Of a DNA stretch of 64,000 bases, positions 56,884-64,000 are shown one piece after another. Every line of letters starts with the position of its first letter. Within the stretch, counting starts at the first letter, position 1. The notes beneath the pieces are model-generated. The model ran no database searches, was not told the DNA's origin, and saw nothing but the letters and a program-made list of their open reading frames with translations. Origin of the DNA: Chloroflexota bacterium (GTDB lineage Bacteria; Chloroflexota; UBA11872); NCBI GenBank assembly GCA_026707285.1, contig JAPOXD010000053.1, positions 5,344 to 69,343 of the forward strand. The letters are read 5' to 3'. The translations under genes were made by a program, and so were the position numbers.

Positions 56884-57576
56884 CTAGTCTCCGCCGGCGC
56901 GCGGCTTGGGCAGGAAGCGCATGATGGCACCCGCGAGGTTGGAGAGCGGCATGCGCTGCAGCCAGACCTTGCCCGGACCGGTGACGGTGGCCAGGAACAG
57001 TCCCTCGCCGCCGAAGAGCATGTTGGTCACGCCCTTCACCCGCGTGATGTCATAGGTGACGCTGGGCTCGAACATGGCCAGGTGGCCGGTGTCGACCTTG
57101 AGCGTCTGCCCGGAGGCCAGGTCGTATTCCTGCACCTCGCCGCCGATGGCCGCGAACATGGTTCCCGGACCGGTGAACTTCTGCATGATGAAGCCCTCGC
57201 CGCCGAAGAGGCCGGCGCCGAGCTTGCGGTTGAACGTGACCTCGAAGGTGACAGACTCCTCCGCGACCAGAAAGGCGTCCTTTTGGGCAATGATCGACTC
57301 GCCGGCGCCCAACTCGATCGGGATGACGGTCCCCGGCGCTTCGGGCGTGAAGGCCACCATGCCGCCGCCCGATGGGCTGTTGAACTTGGTCACGAACAGG
57401 CCTTCGCCGGAGATCATGCGGCCGAACATCCCGCCAAGGCCCCCGGAGCCGCCGGTGTTCATCTCGATGCTCTCGTCCATCCAGGCCATGACGCCGGACT
57501 CGGTGAAGACGGTCTCCCCCGGTCCGAGTTGAACTTCGAGGTGCGGTGTGATCGTGCCCTTGACCTGATATTCCAT
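56884..57576 (-). CDS. TIGR00266/AIM24 family protein
   Basis: ESGVMAWM, SGEGLF, FGGEGF, VDTGH, GPGKVWLQ. Confidence 0.88.
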   Translation of the reverse strand: MEYQVKGTITPHLEVQLGPGETVFTESGVMAWMDESIEMNTGGSGGLGGMFGRMISGEGLFVTKFNSPSGGGMVAFTPEAPGTVIPIELGAGESIIAQKDAFLVAEESVTFEVTFNRKLGAGLFGGEGFIMQKFTGPGTMFAAIGGEVQEYDLASGQTLKVDTGHLAMFEPSVTYDITRVKGVTNMLFGGEGLFLATVTGPGKVWLQRMPLSNLAGAIMRFLPKPRAGGD

Positions 57577-57863
57577 GGCGCTCTCCGTGAGCCGACGGGA
57601 CGTAGTCGCATTGTATGGGGCGCACGCAGTCGCTTTGTCGCGTGAAGCACATTTGGCGTCGCCAATTCCGGGGGTGTTGGAAGGTCGCTTGGTCCGGTGG
57701 CCCGGGCTGTGCGCAGCCCGGGAGCCTCACCCAGCGGATCCTACGCTGCCCGCAGCGTGGGCCACCGCCACGCGACCGTTCGGCGCGGTGCGATACTGCC
57801 CCGCATGAGCCTTCGCTCTGCGCCGGGCGGTGTTCGCCGGGCGCTTCTGACTGTGGATGTGCG

Positions 57864-58535
57864 ATGAAGCGGACCGGCGACGGCAACGCCAGCGACCCGG
57901 CGAGCCCCAGGCCCCCGGAGCCGGATACGCGCGATCTCGGTCCGCCCGACGACGGCCCGCCCGACGACGAGTTGCCGCGCCAGCCGCCGCCCCGCCCGGT
58001 GCTGTTCGGGGGCGACATGCGGCTCATCCTGCGCCGCGTCGGCGCCTGGTTGATTGATTTCACCATCGCCTACTTCGTGGTGTACGTGGCCGTGTCCATC
58101 GCCGGCGTGGCCCCGACCGCGGAGGCTACCCCCGAGTCCGATATCACGGGTCTGGTGGTCTGGCTGCTGGCCGTGCCGTTCGTCTACCGCTGGGCCATGC
58201 AGTCCGCGCTTGGATACACGCTAGGCAAGCTGGGCATGGGCCTGCGACTGGTGGACCGCGACGGCCAGCCGCCGGGTCCCATCGCCGTGCTCAATCGCGA
58301 GGCGGTGCAGCTGGTGCTGCTCTTTGCCTGGCAGGTCGTGCCCCAGTCCGCGACGGAGCAAGTGCCGTTCTTGACCACCCTGCTCATCCTCGGTCCCCTC
58401 GGTGACGTCTACGCGATGTTCCGCCGCCGCGACACCCGCGCCCTGCACGACCTGCCGGCCGGCACCCAGGTCATCCGCGTGGCGCGGGTGGACGCCTACG
58501 GCACATCGCGCGACGGCCCGCGACGCTATTCGTGA
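57864..58535 (+). CDS. RDD family membrane protein
   Basis: RRVGAWLID, TLGKLGMGLR, RALHDLPAGTQV. Confidence 0.88.
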   Translation: MKRTGDGNASDPASPRPPEPDTRDLGPPDDGPPDDELPRQPPPRPVLFGGDMRLILRRVGAWLIDFTIAYFVVYVAVSIAGVAPTAEATPESDITGLVVWLLAVPFVYRWAMQSALGYTLGKLGMGLRLVDRDGQPPGPIAVLNREAVQLVLLFAWQVVPQSATEQVPFLTTLLILGPLGDVYAMFRRRDTRALHDLPAGTQVIRVARVDAYGTSRDGPRRYS

Positions 58536-58575
58536 AGCGCACGCCGATCCGCGAGGGTCGCGGCGGGAGCCTCAC

Positions 58576-59457
58576 ATGGCGCGACTGATCGTCCTCAGTT
58601 GCGGCGTTCCCACGCCCATGCCGGGCCGGTGGGGCACGGCCTTCGCCCTGCAGGTCGGCCAGGAAACGCTGCTTGTCGATTGCGGCCCGGCGGCCACCCT
58701 CAAGCTCTATCAGGCCGGGCTGCGGGCCACCGATGTCAGCCGGGTGTTCTTCACCCACCTGCACTCGGACCACATGGCCGACTTTCCCTGCTTTCTCATG
58801 ACCCGATTCGACATGTCGATCGGGGGTGAGACACCGTTGCAGGTCTACGGCCCTCCGCCGACCGCGGAGTTTGCGCGCAGGCTCATGGGTCCGGATGAGG
58901 GCGTGCTCTGGCTGGACGTGGTCGCGCGCACCAATCACCCCATGAGCATCGGGGCCTACCACAGCCGGGGAGGCGCGGGCGATCGGCCGCCGCCGGAGAT
59001 GCAGGCCCACGACATCGAGCCGGGCCCAGTCGCCGGCGGCCCGGGGTGGTCGGTGTCGGCGGCGGAGGTGCGGCACGCGCAGCCCTATCTCACCTGCCTG
59101 GGATTCCGGTTCGAGACGGACGACGGCGTGATCGTGTTCAGCGGCGACACGCGCCCCTGCGACGAGGTGATCGAGCTGGCTCGCGGCGCCGATCTGCTGG
59201 TGATGGAAGCCGTGGCCCTGGCGGGACGGCAGTGGGAAGGGTCGCTCTTGGCCGAGTCCGACACCGCCGGCTGCGCCACGATTGCCGCCGCCGCCGGGGT
59301 CAAGCGCCTGCTCGTGAACCATCAGCCGCCCTGGCTGGACGAGCCGCAGGCCCGCAGCCAGGCAATCAAGGAGATCTGCCAGATCTACGACGGCCCGGTG
59401 CTATGGGGCGAGGAGTTGTTGGAGGTCCAAATCGGACCTGACGGACCCGGAGGTTGA
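58576..59457 (+). CDS. MBL-fold metallo-hydrolase (RNase Z/arylsulfatase-like)
   Basis: LVDCG, THLHSDH, SGDT, ADLLVME. Confidence 0.85.
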   Translation: MARLIVLSCGVPTPMPGRWGTAFALQVGQETLLVDCGPAATLKLYQAGLRATDVSRVFFTHLHSDHMADFPCFLMTRFDMSIGGETPLQVYGPPPTAEFARRLMGPDEGVLWLDVVARTNHPMSIGAYHSRGGAGDRPPPEMQAHDIEPGPVAGGPGWSVSAAEVRHAQPYLTCLGFRFETDDGVIVFSGDTRPCDEVIELARGADLLVMEAVALAGRQWEGSLLAESDTAGCATIAAAAGVKRLLVNHQPPWLDEPQARSQAIKEICQIYDGPVLWGEELLEVQIGPDGPGG

Positions 59458-59458
59458 C

Positions 59459-61138
59459 ATGAACGACAACTGGCATTCGCTGTCGCCGGTCTCAGGCGAG
59501 CCCTGGACCTTCACCACCGGGCCGTGGATCGAAGAGGAACCCGGCGTGGTGACCAGTCCGCCGCAGCCGGCGGACGACAGCCTGGCAATTTCAACCGCCG
59601 CGGCCTACCGCGACTTCGAGGCCGAGTTCGACTTCCGCTGGGAGATTCAGGGCTCGGACAGCGGCTTCGTCTTCCGCGGGCGTCACGCGCGGCACTACTA
59701 CCTGGTGCACTTTCCCTGCACCGGACAGCAGTTCCGCGGCGCCCACTTCTGGGCCGCCATATCCAAGGTGGACGCCTCGGGTTGGGCGCGCGTGCTGCGG
59801 ACCGAGGTCGTGCCGGGCATCCCCAGCGAGATCGGCCTGTGGCACACCGCCAGGCTGCGGGTGCAAGGCCCCGAGATCCGCCTCTGGGTGGACGGCCGCG
59901 CCTTCCCCGTCGTCACCGACGACACCTACGACGAGCCGGGCTACGTCGGTCTCGAGACCTACAACGGTCGGGACCCGGACGAGGTCAAGGAGTACTTCGG
60001 CGACGCTCGAGCGCGCGTGGGCTCGGGCAATAGCTTCCGCAACGTCCGCATTCGCGGTGAGACGGCCGCCGCGCCGCCGTGGGACTCGTCCGTCGCGCCG
60101 GGTCCGGGATGGCGGCATCCGCTCCCCGACACCACCCATGGCGCCTATCAGTACGTGGGCGGCCTGGTGCGCCTGGACTCGGGCGAGGTGCTCCTCAAGC
60201 TGGCGGCCTTGGACGCGCACACCACCGGCACTCGCACCACTCTGCTGCTGCGCTCGCACGACGCCGGGCGCACCTGGTCAGAACCCGAGGTGCTGCCCGA
60301 CACGCTGCACGGCGCCACGCTGCACCCAGTCGACGGCGACCACGTCGTCGCATACCTGATGCAGCACGACCCGCCCTTCGACCTGTCGATGGTTGAATCG
60401 ACAGACGCCGGCCGCACCTGGAGCGAGCCTTCGGGCATCGGGCGCGTGACGTTCGACGCCGATCTCGACATCGAGCACGCCTACTTGTCGAAGGTTGTTC
60501 CGCTGCGCGACGGCACCCTGCTGCGCTTCGGCTACAGCGTGGCCGTTGGGCCCAGCATGCACGGCGGCGTGACCCGCGACGGCTGGCGCTATGTCGGCGC
60601 TCCCGCGCCCGGATCATTCAGCTTTTGCGTGCGGTCCACCGATGGGGGACGCAGCTGGTCGCCGCCGATTCGCGTGGACGGTCCCAACCCGCGCCCCGGC
60701 ATGCTGATGAACGCCCGCGAAACGGCCTCCGAAACCTCCGCCTGCGAGGTGGCGCCCAACCGCATCGTGGCGCTGATTCGCCCGGAGTCCTCCCCGTGGA
60801 TGTGGGAGATGTGGTCGCACGACGGCGGCCGCACCTGGAGCCCGGCGACGCGCGGGCACTTCCCCATGTATGCCTGCACCGATGCCATGACCGCCACGGC
60901 GAATGGCGCGATGGTCATCGCGGGGCGGCACCCCGGCATCGGCGCGCAGCTGAGCCTGGACGGCGGCATGAGCTGGCAGGCCACCCGCATCGACACGCCC
61001 TTCTACGCCAACGGCGCAACGGTCGAGGTCGAGCCGGACGTGGTGCTCTACGTCTACGACGGCAAGTACTCCGACGCCCGCGTGCGCGCGCAGCGTCTGC
61101 GCGTCACGCCCGAGGGGCTGGAGCCGGCGGACGCCTAA
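59459..61138 (+). CDS. Sialidase-like BNR/Asp-box protein with N-terminal DUF1080-like domain
   Basis: Five S.D.G..W Asp-boxes; N-terminal SDSGFVFR...WH...GYVGLE...FRNVRI. Confidence 0.78.
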   Translation: MNDNWHSLSPVSGEPWTFTTGPWIEEEPGVVTSPPQPADDSLAISTAAAYRDFEAEFDFRWEIQGSDSGFVFRGRHARHYYLVHFPCTGQQFRGAHFWAAISKVDASGWARVLRTEVVPGIPSEIGLWHTARLRVQGPEIRLWVDGRAFPVVTDDTYDEPGYVGLETYNGRDPDEVKEYFGDARARVGSGNSFRNVRIRGETAAAPPWDSSVAPGPGWRHPLPDTTHGAYQYVGGLVRLDSGEVLLKLAALDAHTTGTRTTLLLRSHDAGRTWSEPEVLPDTLHGATLHPVDGDHVVAYLMQHDPPFDLSMVESTDAGRTWSEPSGIGRVTFDADLDIEHAYLSKVVPLRDGTLLRFGYSVAVGPSMHGGVTRDGWRYVGAPAPGSFSFCVRSTDGGRSWSPPIRVDGPNPRPGMLMNARETASETSACEVAPNRIVALIRPESSPWMWEMWSHDGGRTWSPATRGHFPMYACTDAMTATANGAMVIAGRHPGIGAQLSLDGGMSWQATRIDTPFYANGATVEVEPDVVLYVYDGKYSDARVRAQRLRVTPEGLEPADA

Positions 61139-62130
61139 AGCCGAACGACGACCCCATCCGCCGCCGAGCGATACGCCGCGTCGATCACCCGCTGGACTTC
61201 CAGTCCCACCTCGCCGGTCAGCACCTGGCTGTCCGGGTGAGCGACTCCTGAGGTGAAATCCTCGATCAGCGGCAGGTCGTGCAACTCCGGCGTCGGATAG
61301 CTCTCCCGTCGCCGCCGGCCGTTCTGCGTCACGAAGCACTCGTCGCCGCGCGCGTAGGGCACGTTGATATAGCCCTTGGCGCACCACACCTCGTAGTCCC
61401 CCCGCGCCGGATCGATGCCCCAGATCGACGACAGGGTGGCCTGCACGCCGGACTCGTAATTCACGATTAGCGAGAGCACGTCTTCCACGTCGCCGGCGAC
61501 GCGCCGCCGGTCGCTGAAGGCCGCCACCTGCCGCGCCGGCCCCGCCAGCGACGAGAATGTCTGCAAACGGTGGCTGCCCAGGTCCATCAGCGGTCCGCCG
61601 CCCCCCACCGCGCGGATGAGCCGCCAGGCCTTGGGATCGTCCAGCGGCGGGTTGTACGAGGACGACGCGTTGCCGTGCAGCGCTGTCAGCTCGCCCAATT
61701 CGCCCGAGGCCACCAGGTCGCGCACAAAGGCGTTGACTGGAATGAACTGGTGGTAGTAGGCCACGCCCAGCCGCACGCCGCGTTGCTCGGCACGTTCCAC
61801 CATGGCCTCGGCCTCGGCGGCAGTGGCTGCCATGGGTTTCTCGACCAAGACGTGCAGGCTGCGGTCCAGCGCCGCCAGCGTTTGCGCGGCGTGCAGATGC
61901 ACCGGCGTCGCCACGTAGACCGCATCGAGCGGCGACTGCCGCAGCATCGCGCCGTAGTCGGTGAACGCCTGCGGCACGTCGAACGCCTGCCGGTGGAATT
62001 CCAGCGCAACCGGATCGCGGCGGCAGATCGCCACCAGCTCGCTGGCGGCGTGGGCGCGAATGGCCGGGGCCACCGCCTTCGCCGCAATGTCGCCGAAACC
62101 AACGATGCCCCAGCGCAGCATCAGTCGCAC
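61135..62130 (-). CDS. Gfo/Idh/MocA family oxidoreductase
   Basis: GFGDIA, HVLVEKPMA, GGGPLMDLGSH, VEDV. Confidence 0.9.
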   Translation of the reverse strand: MRLMLRWGIVGFGDIAAKAVAPAIRAHAASELVAICRRDPVALEFHRQAFDVPQAFTDYGAMLRQSPLDAVYVATPVHLHAAQTLAALDRSLHVLVEKPMAATAAEAEAMVERAEQRGVRLGVAYYHQFIPVNAFVRDLVASGELGELTALHGNASSSYNPPLDDPKAWRLIRAVGGGGPLMDLGSHRLQTFSSLAGPARQVAAFSDRRRVAGDVEDVLSLIVNYESGVQATLSSIWGIDPARGDYEVWCAKGYINVPYARGDECFVTQNGRRRRESYPTPELHDLPLIEDFTSGVAHPDSQVLTGEVGLEVQRVIDAAYRSAADGVVVRL

Positions 62131-62182
62131 CGACCCGGGATGTGCCCCGTGCCCGATCTTGTCACTCCGGGCGCCCTGCCTC

Positions 62183-62267
62183 TGTCATTCCGGGCGCAGC
62201 AAGGAATCTAAGGGGCACCGGAGAAGGCGCAGCGTCCTTAGATTCCTCACATTCGTTCGGAATGACA
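62183..62267. repeat. REP-like inverted repeat TGTCATTCCG..GGAATCT / AGATTCC..CGGAATGACA
   Basis: Long imperfect inverted repeat in intergenic DNA. Confidence 0.7.
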
Positions 62268-62317
62268 GGAAGGTCGTTCCGAGGTTTCGGATGACTCCAC
62301 GGCTCCGCCCAGCCCGG

Positions 62318-62731
62318 CTATCCCCCGATCGCGCGCCACATCCGCAGGCCGGCGGGGCCGACCACCAGCACGAACAGGGGGTCGATGAACGCCCACAGCG
62401 TGCCGTTGCCCTGGTCGGTGAGCGCACCGAACCAGTTCCAGAAGAACCACAGGAACAATCCCAGCGCGGCGTAGAAGACGATGTTCACTTCCAGCGAGGT
62501 TCGCGCGTCCGCCTCTTCGGCATCCATGCGCCGCTTCCGCGCGAAGCTCCCGAGCAGGACGATCACCACGCTCACGGCCATGAACCAGTTCATGACGAGC
62601 CACGCGGTGAACGGCTCGTCGCCGCCGGGGTGATAGAGCGGCGTGATGATGAAGTGCACGCCCACGGCCAGGGCCATCAACACTTGATAGGCCGCGACGA
62701 TCCGAAGTGCGATTTGTCTGGGCACCGCCAT
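62318..62731 (-). CDS. Small 4-TM membrane protein
   Basis: Four hydrophobic segments, GGGGAGG RBS, host-like codons. Confidence 0.7.
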   Translation of the reverse strand: MAVPRQIALRIVAAYQVLMALAVGVHFIITPLYHPGGDEPFTAWLVMNWFMAVSVVIVLLGSFARKRRMDAEEADARTSLEVNIVFYAALGLFLWFFWNWFGALTDQGNGTLWAFIDPLFVLVVGPAGLRMWRAIGG

Positions 62732-62965
62732 CCTCCCCGCTATGAACGACTGCCACGCTTCCCGCCGCTACCGGATGCGGGCCGACACCGTGGCCTGCTG
62801 CAACGCCGCCCAATGTAGTGGATGGCCTTGGGCCTGTCGCGCCACGCGAAGCGGGCCGCCTGCACTCTGGTTCCCGGGTCCGTCATTCCCGCGGAGCCCT
62901 GGCCCCGCGAATGTGGGGGCGGGAATCCACCTCCTACCACCCCGAGAACGAACTGATCGCGCGAC

Positions 62966-63568
62966 CTACCGCAGCCCCCTGAACAACGCCGCCAGCTGCT
63001 CCGCTCCGATGGCACCCCCGATGCGGAGGGCCACCGCGCCGTCGGCGTTGATGAACACCCAGGTTGGAAACGCGGTCAGGCCAAAGGCGCGCAGCACGGT
63101 GTCGTTGGTATCCACCAGCACTGGCGACGTCCATCCCTCGCGCTCGAGCCACGCGTCCGGCGGATAATTCGATCCGTCCTCCTCGATCGCGGTGGCGACG
63201 CCGTAGAGGTCGACGTTGTCCGGCTTGCCACCGCCGTCGATCCACGCTTGAACCTCGGGAACCTCGTCCTGGCAGTGCGAGCACCAGTGCGCCAGGAAGA
63301 GGACCACCTTCATCCGCCCGTCGTTGACGATGGTGACGCTGCGGCCGTCGAAATCCGTGCCGCGGACCTCGGGAGCGGGAAGCCCGAGCGCGCTGTCGGG
63401 CGCCGTGGGCGTAAAGCCCGGCAATGGTTCGCCCGTGATCTCCGGGTCCTGCACGACGCCGGTGCCGGAGTCGTCGCCCACCTCCCCGCAGGCGGCGATC
63501 GCGGCCATGAGACCAACCGCAAACGCGAGGCCGGCCAGCCCAGTTGATCTAGCCACCCAGCGATTCAT
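62966..63568 (-). CDS. TlpA/ResA-like thioredoxin-fold lipoprotein
   Basis: Lipobox IAAC, AHWCSHC, AFPTWVFI. Confidence 0.85.
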   Translation of the reverse strand: MNRWVARSTGLAGLAFAVGLMAAIAACGEVGDDSGTGVVQDPEITGEPLPGFTPTAPDSALGLPAPEVRGTDFDGRSVTIVNDGRMKVVLFLAHWCSHCQDEVPEVQAWIDGGGKPDNVDLYGVATAIEEDGSNYPPDAWLEREGWTSPVLVDTNDTVLRAFGLTAFPTWVFINADGAVALRIGGAIGAEQLAALFRGLR

Positions 63569-63852
63569 GGCGGCGTCCCCCCAGCCCCAAGCCCAGCAGC
63601 CCTCATGGTAGGCCAAGGGCGCCGACAACCGTTTCCGAACCCGGTCACCCTCTGCGCGGGGACGACACGCGCCCTGTTGAATTTGCGCGGCCCGGTGGAC
63701 CGTCCACCATGTTCCTCGTTGGTGCGACGGTAGTCTAAGGCGCCCCGGGACCCATGGTGGCACGCCCCAAGGTTTGAGATCGTCGAAGTGAGCACGATGG
63801 TGAAAGCCAAGTGGGTGGATGCTGGGATGCACCGGTTGCCTCGGTGCCGCTA

Positions 63853-64000
63853 ATGGCTCCCTACCGATCGGCGGCGCGAAACCTCAGGTCGGCAATCTGG
63901 TCCTGGCTGCGCCGCCCGCAATCTCGGGCGCGGTTGCTCGCGGCGTTCTTGGCAGTGCATATGGCGCTCACCGTGCCGCTGGCCGTTCTGGTGGCTGATT
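63853..64000 (+). CDS. 5' part of a probable membrane protein, truncated by the window edge
   Basis: Open from ATG 63853 to the end; hydrophobic LLAAFLAVHMALTVPLAVLV. Confidence 0.35.
   Translation, partial: MAPYRSAARNLRSAIWSWLRRPQSRARLLAAFLAVHMALTVPLAVLVAD

Noticed and set aside
57590-57860. N-terminal extension of the RDD protein from TTG 57615
   Set aside because: The region contains a REP palindrome and Cys/Pro-rich nonsense-like sequence; ATG 57864 is more plausible.
63600-63850. Possible riboswitch or ncRNA between divergent genes
   Set aside because: I could not match it to any known RNA motif or find a second copy.

Overview
High-GC bacterial chromosome segment; the gene repertoire is suggestive of Chloroflexota (inference only). 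Housekeeping and metabolic genes (recJ, relA/spoT, putP, hisI, tsaC, yvcK-like, polyprenyl synthetase, several oxidoreductases and hydrolases) surround an accessory region at about 23.5-49.9 kb. The main result is a compact set of podovirus-like virion genes split into two modules. Module 1 (24.4-28.1 kb) is portal, terS-like and terL. Module 2 (35.0-43.2 kb) is major capsid, adaptor, tail, fibre, glycoside hydrolase, M23/SLT endolysin and holins. No integrase, repressor or replication genes are visible. Each module is preceded by a similar sigma70-type promoter with a GTTAC-N4-GT(A/T)AC box in its spacer. Downstream lie three tandem units of [holin 3' end - cargo - tsaC 3' end], which suggests the cluster sits at a conserved chromosomal locus in diverged relatives. 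Together this suggests a domesticated, host-regulated gene-transfer-agent-like element; a decayed prophage is the main alternative. Other observations: a conserved two-hairpin leader upstream of NYN nuclease genes, a Rel protein with a duplicated zinc-finger domain, a palindromic repeat inserted in-frame in a GH127 gene, a secreted TxTxTxT-repeat protein, two VapBC-type modules and several pseudogene remnants. No rRNA, tRNA or CRISPR array was recognised. All assignments come from reading motifs by eye; no database searches were run.
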